Shown here: one piece after another, positions 26,901 to 41,900 of the stretch
How the letters are laid out: each line of letters opens with the position of its first letter
Position numbering within the stretch: the first letter of the stretch is position 1
From: Octopus sinensis
Taxonomy: Eukaryota
Assembly: GCF_006345805.1 (NCBI RefSeq)
Contig: NC_043013.1
Span: 42,842,001-42,906,000, forward strand
Length of the DNA: 64,000 nt
Direction of reading: 5' to 3'
Made by a program: the position numbers and the translations under genes
The notes under the pieces: generated by a model
The model's database searches: none
Seen by the model: the letters and a program-made list of their open reading frames with translations, nothing else
What the model was told of the DNA's origin: nothing

Positions 26901-29900
26901 GAGACCGATAGAATAAGTACTAGGCTTACAAAGAATAAGTCCTGGGGTCAATTTGATCGACTGAAGGCAGTGCTCCAGCATGGCCACAGTCAAAATGACT
27001 GAAACACGTAAAAGAGTAAAAGAGAATGATATTGCAGATTAAAAGTAGTAAATGTTTTATATAGAGTTTAAGTAAAACTCTTTACATAAAGGATTTTTAA
27101 AAATTAGTTTGGTCAGTGTGCATGGTCCCTTCCAAATTCTCTAAGACCATGAAAATCTATCAGTGATATTCTGCTTGAATAGTTGCAAATGTCATCTGCC
27201 AGAAAAGGATTCTAGAAAGCTAACATTCTGGGAAAAAGAACTAAGAACAGGGGGTTATTATAGGCTTTAAAGTAGAGTGTACACACAATGTCACTAACAA
27301 AATAAAAGAGAATCAAGCATCACAAAGTGGGGGTGGCACAAGACAAACCAGTTCCAAGGAACAGACTCCAATGCAGAAGGCATAGATAAGGGAAGAGAGA
27401 AAAGACAGCAGGTCCGTCAACTGGAAGCCTGAGTATGTTGACAAAAGTCTTTATACCATTCAGTTGAGTGCCATTTCAGTTGGATGTGGTTTATGAATAG
27501 CAACAGTACTGACACAGATGTGAGAAGAGTACACTATAGGAGGTTTCACCTGAGCTATGTAGAAGGCTAACAGCTGAAGTATTTCCTGGTCCTAAAGAAG
27601 ACAGAATTTGTGATTAAGTCCTTGCTCTTTTGAGGATATGGATTTACCAAGAGAGATCCTTAGCCAGAGCAAGGCCTAATATTTGGAAGGAGCACTCTAC
27701 AGTCCAGTTGCTGCATGTGCTTCATATTCAGAAACCAGAGTGGAAGTGGAGAGTGTCTGTTGAATGTGTCAAAACTAACACACCTTTGTTGAAGAATGTT
27801 TCCAAGAAGTCAGGGCAGGTTTGGCATGTGGTGAATGTGGATGACGTTTGGAGTAAATGATCAGGGATGATTGAAAAGTATCATCTACATAAGGGTGGTA
27901 GGTATTGCTGGAGGTGACTGAAAAAAGGTCATTGATGTATAGACAGAGGGCAAAACTGAACCATGAAGCAAACCAGAAGTTAATGGAATGTAAGTCTGAG
28001 AGAGCTATAGACATGTACATACTGAAGCTCTAGTCACCTTGACAGGAAGCCTCCAATCCAAGAACCCACAGGCAGTTAGATTTACTCAGAGATTTAGGGC
28101 ACATAAATCACAGTTAAATGCTTTGCAACATTGTTTTCTTCAGGTATTTTTCCAAGAGTAAAAACTTACCAACCTACTGATGAATGAAGAAGAACATGTC
28201 TCCAGTAGATTGGCTTTATATAAGCAGTAGTGGAGGTCATCAAGGGGAGAGATGGATTCTGAGTGTTAGAGAAGGTTATTTATGACTATCATCTCTAACA
28301 AATTGAAAGTGAGTGCAATAAGATGATGGTTGGAGTAATTTCCGGCAAATGGGACATATTGTAACAAGAATCCAAAGATTGGGATATATGGAGTCAAACT
28401 GAAGAGTTTGGTGAGGATAGGGTTAGCTACAGATTTCATGGCTAAAGGCATTATTGTTTTGAGGTGATTGGGAGAGATTTTGCATTTGGCATGTACGTGG
28501 TGGAGGAGGGGAAAACAAGTTTTCAGAGAAGATTTACTTAGAGTATGCAATGCAGAGATGGATACAAAGTAAACAATCCCTGTAGAAGCTTCCTGTTGAA
28601 GAGTACTGGTTGCTGAACCAGAGAAGTGGAAGGGAGAAGGATTTTGCAAAGATGACTCAAATCAGTTTTGAAAACAAACAAGATCAGTAGTTGCTTTTGG
28701 AAATGAGAAAGCTTACCAGTTGTACCATACATGGCAGAATCCTTTGCATTTCAGATAGTTTTGCAGATTTCATGAAAGCTGCCTTGTTTGTAAGAGTGCT
28801 TTTTCTCTAAGTATTTCAGGCTGTATGCTTTGCATGAAATGCTACAACACAGCTAAGACTGAACCACTTAGAGAACCTGAGACAATAATTTTGGTTTTGC
28901 ATGGGATATAAAGGGACATGCCAAAGAGTATGTTTTCTGTCACCCACCTAGCTGTCTCTGATGGGTCCAGATTCAAGCATGTATGTCAAAGAAAATAGTG
29001 TAGAACTAGTGGAGTTCTAACCAATCTGCTATAACCTGAAGTGCCAAAGAGTTCGAGTGAGCAGGGAAGGTATGTCAAGCAGTACATGCATATGTTGTGG
29101 ACAACCACACACAAAGCAGAGAGTGGTGGTGGTGGTTTGACAGTGGCTACATTTGGAGAAGAGAAAGTTGTTTAGAGTGTAAACAACACACTAGACTAGT
29201 ATAAATAGTGTGAATATAAGTACTAATTAGTAATAAATATGATTAGTAAAAAATTACATGAAATAGAAGAAACAAATTTTATTCAACATACCTTGCCATA
29301 TTTGGTAAAAAGCACTTTAAGGTCTGTAGCACGGGTACTTGTGGCAAGACCACTGACCCACAGATTTCGATTACTTTGGTCATTGCCTATTAAGTACAGA
29401 AATAAACTAATATGAAAAGATTACCAGGAAACCAGACCCTGTAAGATTAAAATTTCAAATACCTCACATTTAAAACAAAGGCTTAGTGAATAATAAGATT
29501 CAGAACATGTAGAATAATAAAAAAAAACTTACTTCTCATATTCTTGATAACTTTGGGTTTAGAAGCTGAAGAACTGCAACAATAAAACAATCATTGAGAA
29601 ATATCAGAATGATGATTATCACTAATGAATGTCATAGAAGTGTATTGGAACAATTTTTCATCATTCATATGAATTAAATATAATTAGCAAAGTCAAACAA
29701 TATCACTCCATTCTAGGACCCTAACTCTAAATAGATTTGTAGAGATATATATTTAAGAAAACAAATAAGGGCTATGTATGTATGTATATAGACATATACA
29801 TATGCACTTCTTAAAGAAATTCTTATTATGTAAGGGAGAAAGAATGATGCAATAGAATAACTAATATTTAGCAAAGCATAGACGTTCCACACACTATGTA

Positions 29901-32900
29901 GTAATATAAATATTTATATTAACATCATATTGCATATAGGGGAAAGCATAATGATATAAGAAGCTTACCTGCTGCAAAGATGTGTTTTTGTAATAGTCAT
30001 TTATTATCCCCTTTCAGGAATAAATGAATACAAAAGACACTAATTTCAAATGAAGATATTGGTGAAGACAATAAATGGATTACCTAAACTAGCTAACAAC
30101 TGACACCACACATCAGCAACATGTGACCAACACTTATGAAGAAAAATGTACAAAAATACAAGAACTATAGTCTTCATGAAGCTAAAAAGAAGTCAGCAAG
30201 AAATGTGGAATTCCCTAAACATTAACTGCTAATTTAGCAGGAACATGGCTGGAATTCAGGAATCTTAAACTCAGACTTTTTGCTTTCCAAACATCTTCCA
30301 ATTTGTATCTTGTCAAAAACATTTATTATCTAACATTGACTAAGTCCTGTCATTTTATTCTTGGGAACTTCAGGATCCCTCCTCCATCTCCTCTGCTTCA
30401 ATTGTAGTTGCCATCTTCGTCAAAACAGATAATTTGGCTTCTTGATATTGGTTAATTTGTTCCTGTGGAGAATGCGTCAGTAATTTGGTAATCACTTAAC
30501 ATCTGACTCTGAGAATGTGCAATTATATTTCAACTGAGACTCCTGACCCCAGCCAACCCCCGAACACTTTGCTGGCCCTTTTTAGTTCATGAACTATAGT
30601 TTACAATAACCATCTAAAATATGATGAATACTAGCGCAACATTAACTAGCAAACATCCTCATTGGTATCATCCATCACATGTACAATCACAACAATTTAC
30701 ATCAATCTTTTAAGAGACTAAGAAATGACCCAGGAGAAAACATGGGTTTTTAATACATTCCTTTTTGTCTCAAACATGAATAACTAATGGAAATATACCT
30801 CAGATAAGTTCAGGTTAATTACAGCCCAGGCCATGTATTTAATAGTATTTCCAAAGTACAATCTTTACAGTAGATTTTCCTGTTTTATGAAGAAGACTAG
30901 GAAAATGTCTATCATTATTATAATTAGTAGTTTGAACCTGAATCTAACAACCAAACCACACACACTCACATATTCTCTTTTAAAATAACTCACAATTAGC
31001 CATGAGAGGATGTTCTTTGAAGAAAACCTACTTAAACAGGTTAACTTAAGGTTCAAGAAAATCTGTTCCCATTGGCAGTTGTAGACCCCAGTTGCAGTCA
31101 AGATGTCAACATCTGTTACCGAGAAGTAAGATCATTTAACTAATGACATCTTTGAATCAAAGCAGTGGGAAAGATGACATGAAAACCAACCTCTTCGACT
31201 TTACATCTTTATCATCTTTCTTTTCATCAGCCTTCTTCTCAGTTTGCCCTCCTTCTGTTTTACCTTTAGCCCTTTCTTCAACTTTGCTTCCATCTGTTTT
31301 CTTCGCTTCAGTTTTGCCACGCACTTTGTCCTTTGATGCCACAAGATCAGCATCTAAATCATTCTGTGTATCATCAACATGTACAATCAGTGATTCATTT
31401 TCTTCACCCTGTTGAGTGGTGGAAGTGTCCATACTGACTGTGTCTTTTAATGCAAATGGAACTTTATGTGGAACACTCGGTGTTGAAGGTAAATTGTCCG
31501 AAAGAGCTGTTTTGGCCACCTTATCTCCTTTCAGTTCATTACATTTTTGAGATGGAGTTGTGCTTTTCACACTGGCTGACAAGGATTTTTCTTCATTTTC
31601 TTCTTTATTATCATTCTCTGCTGCCGAGGATTTTTCTTCATTATTTTCTTCTTTTGTGTCATTCTCTGCTGATGAGGACTTTTCTTCATTATTTTCTTCT
31701 TTTGTGTCATTCTCTGTTGATGAGGACATTTCACTCTTTTCTTCTTTAGTATTTGTCTCCGCTGACGAAGATGACTGTTCTGGAGGCGCTACAGAAAGTT
31801 AATTTAGAATGAAATAGTTGATACGAAATGAAAACTTGTTAAATCTCACTCCACAACAGACTGTGCTGTGTTGAGAGTTTAAATAAAAAAATTAAGAATG
31901 CAATTAAGAAAACATTACTAATAAAAGCTCTTAGACTGGTAATCCTACAGGATCAATGGACTACAAGCTCTATAGCTGAAATATGGATAATAATTATACT
32001 TCACATAGAAATTTAGCATTAAATATTCACTGCAGATGTCTTCAATGGTATTGCCCACAACATACATTCAAAATACAACTGAAGTACTTGTATAGAACAC
32101 TAGACAAAGCTACAGGCTCTCAGAAATTATGGGATCTGGATATACGTTGGAACATACTATGCTGCTTGTGCAATGGCAAGCAACACATATGCATATATTG
32201 CATCATTTGCCTGTGTAACTACAAGCAGGAGGGTTTTAGTAAATTTCACTGTCTATGCAATGGCAAGTAATTTTATCAGAGATGCAATAAAATGACTGTA
32301 GTAAGGTTTGAAACTCATCACTAAGTCATCAGTCGTTCAGAAAAATAATTTCTCAGTTGTACTGAATGTATATTACATTTTCCACAGATCTATAGAGATT
32401 AGAGTATTCTGTAGCAATAAATGAGGAAAAGAAGAATATTCTGAAATAGGATATCAGTTGGTTGCAAGCCAGATCCCTGGATGCAGAGTTTTTACCAATA
32501 TCAAAATGCACTGAGAGTCACAAATGTGTCCAGCTCAAAGATAAAGCAAAACCACAAGAATATGCTGGTATTTCAATGACCTCTTCCATTAGCTGCTTTG
32601 TATCTGGACATATGAATACAAACACACACAGGGGATGCACATTGTAATTCACAATGAAATTAAGTGTAAAGAAAAACAAAAATAATAGACAGAACATTTT
32701 CAAAAATTCATACACATGTTCAACGGGATATGTTAAAGAAGCAGGTTGTTCACTAAAACCACCCCCAGCCAGCCTCAATGATGGCCTTTATGTGACCACA
32801 GAAAAGACTATGCCAGTATCAGATGGTCCTTAAACATGCTACCAATCACATTCACAAAGGTAGCCTTCAAGGAATCCTTGGTATTGTGGAGCCACCAGTT

Positions 32901-35900
32901 AGTATCTCTCTCAACAATGCCCCTGACACGGTACTCCATGGGAGTCCAAATCAAGAAACCTAGGATATCACATAATCACGAGAATTCTCAGGCAACTACA
33001 CATGGGTTCAAGTGCCACACAGGATGGATCATAGTCCCAGTGGAAGAGCTTACCTCAAGCCCTATGAGAAGAAGCTGAGACAGTGTGGCATGGCCCTCAA
33101 TATTCATGACCCCCAAGGACTATCACAGATGATGTTCATCACCCTAAGTTCTATGCTAGACTTCATGCTAAGCTACCTGTCATTTTCCCCTGTACAGCTT
33201 CTAGTCCTGGTCAACGTTTGTTAAAGAAAAACCAAGGAACGACTGGTTTCTTGGTTTGAGATTGTCCAGCAAGTACTTCAATCAGATTACATGGATCTCC
33301 TAGGTTTTGCCAGACATAAACTGCTCTCTCCTCATCATATTTGGACTTGTACATGACGTCCTCATGCACAACACGTCTTCTAGTGGACACTACCACACTG
33401 AGATGCTTGGCAACAGATCTCATAAATTTGATAGGCATCATCATCATTGTTCATATCCTGGACTTGCTGGATGGATATAGCCATCCTCATGATGTCTGGC
33501 CAGAGAAAATATTTCATATATCCTTGCCAGTGATCTCTAGCTCTTTCCTGATCTTAAACACGAAGGAATTGACCATGTTTAAGAAGCTGTCAGTCTCCAA
33601 GTCACTGTGGTTGGCGGTTAGAGACACAAGAACAGCATGCCTTTATATTTCCTATGTTGGATTGCTGATGTGTCTGAAAGAGAAATGAGAAAGTTAAAAT
33701 GTGGTATACACCGTGTAAAATTGTTAGGTCTTCTTCCAAAACACCTGGCATACCCAGAATATATGTAAATTTGAAATTATCAAGCGGTAGACCTACTCTA
33801 TCGCAAACATTGGAACAAGGTTTCAGTATAACACCAATATCTTAATGTGCTGCTTCAGATTGCAGCTTCCATTGTATAGTGCTATAGTTTGTTAAAGAGT
33901 ACAGATAGAGTATTCCTCCAGTGAAGTGCTGCTACAAGATATAACTGAGGCCTAACCTCATGAATAACACCCCAAGAGGACAGCCTATCTGAAAGAAACA
34001 CACAGACAGTGAATTCCAACAGTGTTACTTAAAGGATCAAATAGTGGTTAGCAACATCTAATTTTTCCACCTTTTACTTCCACCGGCCTATAATGTCTTA
34101 CAAATGTCATTGGTGCAACCTTCCTCTGACTAAACCATAAGAAAATTTCAAAACAGATATATATGTACAAAAGATATAAAGTATAGTCATATTATACATA
34201 CATCTTATCTCTATCCTTATAAAAAACAAAATTTGTCTGTTTGTTTGTACATTGACTGCTGGAAACACTAAATAAAACTGATAATATTTCAGAACTTTTG
34301 TGTTCAGAAGGGGACAGGGGAGTTGGTGGTGTATTGGCTCCTAATTCTAGCAATCCACATACTGTCTATTTCACCATAATGCATTTTAGAGCGTGAAAAA
34401 ATACGCCACTTATCACTCAATCCACCTCAAACTTTCTCTAATTTTATATATTACATTTACTCCTTTGAAGTCACTGTCAGACCATTGCTTTCTCTGTCTC
34501 TAGCTCTCTATCTCCCCCTCTCACACTGGTTATGTGTCTCTCTTCCACTACCTCTACCTCTTTTTCTTTCTAGAGAAAAATATGCGAGACAGAAAGAAAG
34601 TGGGTGAGAGAGAAAAAACAAGTGAGACAGAGGGGGGGGGGATGAAGGTAGCCACGTCTATAAATCTATCAACAAAGTTGTAGATGAGGACGATGCTGTT
34701 CATTATCCTGTTGAATTCCTCAATAGTCTGGAACCATCTAGTATGCTACCACACAATCTTGAATTGAAGAAAGGCATAGTCATCATGCTTCACAGAAACC
34801 TGGTTCAGCCAAGATTGTGCAATGGTACACGTATGGTTGTGACTAAACTACAGACTCACATTATCGAAGTAAAAACCCTCTTGGATGTGGTAAGGGAGAC
34901 ATTGTATTTATACCTAGAACACCACTAATGCATACAGGTGTCCCCTTTCGTTTCAAACGATTGCAATTTCCAGTGAGAGTCAGTTACACATTGACCATTA
35001 ATAAGTCCCAAGGTAAAACACTGCTGATTGTCAGTCTCCATCTAGAAGAGGATGGTCAATTGTATGTAGGTTGTTCCAGAGTAGAAAGCCCACAGGAACT
35101 CTTTATATATGCTCCAAAGAAAAAAGTTAAAAACATTCTGAATACTGAAGTTCTATAAATGTTTTATAATTTTCGTCCAATACTTTTCTCTATTATTATC
35201 TATATTAGTTTCTGTATTTAACTAATTTTGTTAAATTATGTTATGCAATATTTTTTAACAACTTTTATTGTAAGGAAAATGGGCATTACGATAGATGCCA
35301 ATATGTGCCTTATGAATACATTTCAACACCATACAGACAAAGCTGAAAGCTAGTAGGCTGATATCAAACAAGAAGTTTCCAATTACACTGAGCTTATGAA
35401 TGATGATGCCATCCACATGAAATGTTACCTCATCTGACTAAAATATACAAACAACAAAACTAAGACCATTGCATAACTACATCAACATTTCCTTGCAGAA
35501 CTGAGCCTATGTTACAGTGACGTAATGTCGTTAACTCATATTTCTACAATGAAAATGTTTGCATATAAACTTCGTTTATATGGTATTATTTTAAGTAAAT
35601 TAGATTGGTTACCACAGTTCAACTCCATGATTATTATACACTGTTAGAGTATAACAGTTTATGACAAACCCTCTGTATATGTGTGTGTGTGTGTGTATAT
35701 GTATGTATGTATGTGTATATATATATATGCATATACAAATATACACAGCATAACTAGATTCCTGTCCCCGCCCAAATACCAACTCTGGATGATCATAACT
35801 GAGAAAAATGGATATTTTTTAATGAAATTTTTTTTACTAATATATGTTATATCATGCAGATTCCAGATATACAAAACTTTTGGGGGTAAGTGTTTTAGGA

Positions 35901-38900
35901 GGGGATGGGTGGGGAATATCGGAAAATTCACCAGCACCCACTTCAATTCATCTTAACTTTCAAGAAAATAGATGAATTTAGGGGGAAAACAATTAGGGGT
36001 TACTTTTGAGGATCGTTTCCCACTTGGGGAGGGGCGGAACAAGTCGCCCGTATTTGTTTCATTTTCTCCATTTTATGTATCTGCAGATTTCTACTGAAGC
36101 AGCAGGCAATGAAGCTGTCACAAGAAAACTTGTTATGCTAAAAATACCAGCTAAAGGTCTAAACGTTTCTAACAGAAAGACATTGAATAGAATAATTCCC
36201 CATTTGAACATTTTAAATTACATATATATGTGCATGTGAGGACTAGAAATCTACAGACACACAAACAGAGAAAATGAAACAAATATGGACTTGTTCCGAA
36301 ACACCCCCGAGTGGGGAGCAGTCCTCAAAAGTAATCCCCAATTGTTTTCCCCCCAAATTCATGTTCTCGGAATCTACATAGTCCGAGGTATATTTGTAAA
36401 AAATTTCATTAAAAGATATCTATTTTCTTGAAAGTTAAGATGAATTGAAGTGGACACCGGTGAATTTTACGAATTCCCCACCCCATCCCCTCCTAAAACA
36501 CTTTCCTCCAAAAGTTTTGTATATTTGGAGTCTACATGATATAACACATGTTCATAGATAATTACATTAAAAAAATCCATTTTTCTCAGAGTTATGATCA
36601 TCCAAAGTTGGTGGGGCGGGCAGGAATCTGTAGTTATGCCATATACAACACATTCTGAATACAGGTTTCAAAATTTCTGAATTCAAATAATAATTATATT
36701 CCTTGAAAAAAGACCTGTCAACCATTATCTTGAATCAACAATTATTCATCATTTTATTATTTGTGCTAAAATGAACTTTCGCTACTCAGAACCACTTCTG
36801 CAAGTGATGTCATGAATTATTAGAAATTATTTTATGCTATTTTGTAATCATTTTTTCTTCAAACATTAAGAAATTAATTCTCTCACCCATGTAATCAAGT
36901 TCACAACCAAATTTTAATTTTTGTTATCAGAGTGGAATGGCATGAATGAGCTAACATTCCAATTCTTCTTCTTTACATCTCTGGAGTATTTTGCTTATAT
37001 CAGATGACAAATTGATAATACATATGTTAAAGAGGTAAGGATCAGACAACTATCTAGATCCTGGTTTTGTTTCTGTTTCTAAATGATATTTCTATTTTAT
37101 GTTATTGCACTATAAAAAGCATGAGTCTCACACAATCTTATTCCACCTCACCTATAAATGAAGTCACCTTTTGCTTATGTTAAAGCAAAAAAGCAATATT
37201 CAAAATATGGCACGCATCCCCGTGAAAAACTCTGAATTTGATGAAACAAGTAGATATCCAAAATTATACATCTAAATCTAATTTTAACTCAGTCCAAATA
37301 TTCTAGCTGCTTTATGTTCAAACTAGTCAGATCCGGCATCTCACACCTACGCAACAATGCCAATCTAAAAATAACCACATCATCAAAAAAAGTCAAAGTT
37401 ATGAGATAATGAAAGATTAATTCAAAACAATGTGAATAAGTAAGCAGAGTAATCTAATTGCTAAAAATGTTGAACTAAACAAATATAAATATAAAAAAAT
37501 AAAATACATGTGATACGGCAACACATGGTATAAACAATAAAAATATAAACCACTTAACTTAAAGCAACACACACGCACACTATAGTAGAGGAGCCAGAAT
37601 TGACTATCCTTATAAAAAAAAGGTCAAACAATATTTTTGCTTTTACAGCTTTCTACAAAAACAGATACTGCACTATACCAAGAACTGGATATAAACCTTT
37701 CAATTAAACCAATTATAATTTTCAAAACTAAACTGTACAAACCAACTATCAGTGGTGGAATGGCAGTAAACATTTTTTTCAAATAACACCATATGGCAAA
37801 TTAGTAGTTGATTATCATGTATTGAACCAATATAGTTCATCCATAACCAGAAATTTATATGATCTCAATAACACAAACCTTCATTAACAACATATATATC
37901 ATTGGAAAATCACAATCTGTGTGAATATTATATTTAGAGTTGTGTTTTGTTATATTCACTGAAAGATAGAGAAGGACTCAACAGCTGGAGTAAAGTCAAC
38001 CAAAGTATACAACAAGATGATAATTTTAAAAAATTTACCACATGTGAAGGACATACCTGTGGTATCCATTAATGATTCATCAGGTTCTTCCTAAAAAGCA
38101 AAGAAAGAAAATACCTGACATGAGGAACAGCAACAAATGATGATACAAAATACATACAGTAGTATTACATTGCTTCTCTTTATATTTAATGTAATTGTGT
38201 AAATGTGACAAGATATTTGGTTCTCAAAAGGTTTTTTGTTTGAAGAATTATCTGTGAAATTTATAGCTAGTTAACTCTGTTGAATGTAGGTAATTACCAG
38301 ACTCAACAGGAAATATTTTCATACGTATTAAGTTAATAGACAAATCCAACACTAATTATCAAGTAGTGTAATTTAGTTAGTAGAACAATAACTGGAGTAA
38401 ATGTTTATTACCTGCAGAGTACAAGTGTCTTTGTCTGATTCTAAGGTAGAGATAGGTAGTTCTTCTTCAAATTGGTCTTTATCAAAGGTGTTATCTGCCA
38501 ACATATCTGATGGTTTGGTATCACTTGAAAGCAGTTGATCTTCAGAAAGGTCTTCCACAGTTTTATCAGCGGGCAAAGAATATCCATCTGGATTGGTGGT
38601 GTTTAAGAAGACATCTGTTAATGCCACATTAGATGTCTCTGACTCTTTCTGAAAATGAAAACAAAACAGGTTTCTGTTACACCTCAACATTGAACCATCC
38701 TATACTTAACCTTTGCTCACTGTAATATCCTTTAGTATCTTATTCTTCTTGAATACTTGAATTATTACTGTATTCCTTTATTACTATAATGATCTTTATA
38801 GTATTATTATAGAATAATGGTACTTGTTTGAGATTCACAGTGATCATTGCTGTGAGACAGGTAAAGCTCCTTTCAGTTATGAGATTTTACTGTTATTAAT

Positions 38901-41900
38901 AATCAGAATGAATTTGTGTAGTTTAATGGGTTTTTTCATGGATAGCCCCATCAAAGTGACGTTTATATTCTAACAATAGAGTGAACCAACTGAACATATC
39001 ACAGTAGAGTATGAATGAATGAATATTTTAATAATAACCAGTTATGAATTTCTTTTCAAAATAACAACTGGCAAACGTCACCCAAAAAATAGTATGCTAA
39101 ACAGTGATAAATGGAAAATACATACAAGACAGAATTAATCCATAAAAATATGAAAAAATTCACCAACCTCATCCATGTTGATTGTAGTATGTTCGTTTTC
39201 TGGAAATAAAAATATTTCAACACCACATCAGTAATTTCAGGATTATACATAATTCAGTTACGCACACACACACCCTTGTATTACACACATCTGAACACAG
39301 ACTAAAATAGTCTGATAGAGCTGTGTAAGACATAACAGTGAATTAATCACACTACATTACATAATGCTGTTACATGCATCTGACCAGTCTAAAATTCAGT
39401 GAGACAAACCAGAATACAAGAACATTGTATTATACATTAACTAGTAATAAGAACATGAAACAAGTTGCTGTTTTATATCCAATTAACACTTTGACATTGG
39501 CAGGAAAAGTTTTAATGCACTTCTTGCCCATAAGATATATTGCTGTCAGCCGGGAATGGAACTTGTCAGCATAGTAGACAGAAACAAAACAGTTTGGTAA
39601 GGGGAACAACACATCTAATTTATTTACAATCTAAAATTATCATGATTGATACATCTCCCAGTGTTACCACTAACATTCTTGCAAGAATTATCATCAGTGT
39701 CATCACCAATTAACATCCATCTCTGATGCTGGCATAGGTTGAACAGTTTGACAGGATCCAACAGAACCAGAGAACTGTGTCAAGTTACAATGTCAGCCTT
39801 GACATGGTCTCTACATCTTGGATGCCCTTCCAAATGCCAAACCACTTTACAGAGTGTACTGGGTGATTTTTCCATGACACCAACACTAGGGAGGTTACCA
39901 AGTAACTTGAAGACAAAAGAAAAGAACCCAGCATTGAATGGGATTGCAGTAGAGTTGGAAGTTATGCCAGGTGTTGAGAGGCCAGAGTAGAAAATAAGAC
40001 AGTATTAAAAGAGGGGCTTAAGAGAGAGAAACAGATCGACAAAGTGGGGATATACAGCAACAGAGATAAATGTCAGAAGTATGTAGCGGTGGCTATAGAG
40101 AATGGGAGACAAAGGTGTAGGGAGGGTTATGATACGAGACGTTATGACAATGATAGCAGATACAAGAAGGTATTAAAGATAAGGTATGGCAGTCTTAAGA
40201 TATAGCTCAGAAAAGAGGAGAGAAAGCAATAAGTAGAGGCATAAAGAGAGGTGATCAGTCAACAATAAAATTTGAAACACACACCACATAATATATACAC
40301 ACACAGTCTTAACACACATAAATGCATATACAAAATCAGTATCATTAGTTATGTAATTCTGATACTTACTAATATCTTCAGTAGATTGATTTTCTTCCAT
40401 ATATTTCTCTTCACAGAAAGCCTAAAATTGTCAAAATATCAAGTTAACCAACAGAAAAGTCCACATACACATGACATTCTGTATGGCTGCTAAAATGTCT
40501 AGAAAAAGTGACACATAATATAATTTTTTATATGTAATTAGAATGAGATGTGTGTGTGAGAGAGAGGGGGGGGAATTAATGTAGGAAGGAAATGAAAGTA
40601 TTCTTAGAAAAATGCTGATAGAAAACATCTATGAATTCTATTTGAAATCAGATTAATACAATTAACTAACTTTTAATATTTATTTATTTCAGCCATGGGT
40701 TTATTTGAACAAATTGCCCCTAGTATTTACATTTTTAAGTCTTGTACTAATTGTATTGGAGTGATTTGCCAAACTGTAACATTATGGGGATGTAAACAAA
40801 CTAACATTGGCTGTGAAACAGCATGGAATGAGAATGGGGCAAAATTCTTCAATGGTATTTTATGTAATTTAGTGAAATTATTAAGCAAGACTAAGTTGAG
40901 ATAATTACAAGTCCAAAAAAAAACTGTTAGAAAGAAATTTTCATTAAAAAACCAACCCTCACCTCAATTTTTGCCAAAGCAGCTAGATGTTCTGAAAAAT
41001 AATAAGAACATGTGATTAAGAGGAACAAAAATGAATATCAGGTCAGATATGTAATTAAGAATTCAGCTACATATATATACATAGACAAACATATACATAG
41101 ACAAACATATACATAGACAAATATATACATAGACAAATATATACATAGACAAACATATACATAGACAAATATATACATAGACAAATATATACATAGACAA
41201 ATATATACATAGACAAACATATACATAGACAAACATATACATAGACAAATACATACATAGACAAACATACACATAGACAAATATATATATAGACACATAC
41301 ATACATATATGTAAAATGTTTTTGAGTACACCTAGAAAAGCCCCTATGCTACTGTTTATTCATCCCATCTTCCAGAATAATTTTTTGGAAAGATTTTTAG
41401 TCTGGTGCCACTGTAATGGAGGATGAATATACCAGTAACAAGAACTTTTGGATGGGAATTAATAAATCTTTTAATGCATTGCTACATACGTTTCTCCAAA
41501 CCTCATGCTTTAGTTGTTGTATTCTCCATCCATTGGATATTACAAATATGATTTGCAAAATACATAGATTTTAAGGGAAGTATTAATATGTGTTCATTTC
41601 CTCCCTGGGCAAAAGTTACACTCATAAGTTGCAAATTTTGCCTGAGGACACAAACACATGTATTAATATTAATGAAAACTGTAGGGGGAGGATAAGTAGA
41701 TTAGAAGAGATAGAGGAGATGTATCATAAAAGTGTGAGGAGAGCTATTTAGAGATAACAAATGATGTTGAGAGTAACTGGAGGGGCCTGCAATGGGTGGT
41801 AGGGTTTTCGAGGAGACGGGTTGTGAATTTTGCTATGGGACAGGATTGTGAGGGTGAGCTGACAATAAAGAAGTGATACAAGAGCAGTGAAATATTGTAT

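Noticed and set aside
31143-31802. Plus-strand ORFs 31143..31415, 31450..31749 and 31560..31802
   Set aside because: These are antisense shadows of the low-complexity SAFB exon.
41038-41331. Three Y/V/C/I-rich minus-strand ORFs
   Set aside because: They are translations of the 16-bp minisatellite; the same applies to ORFs over (AT)n/(CA)n tracts.
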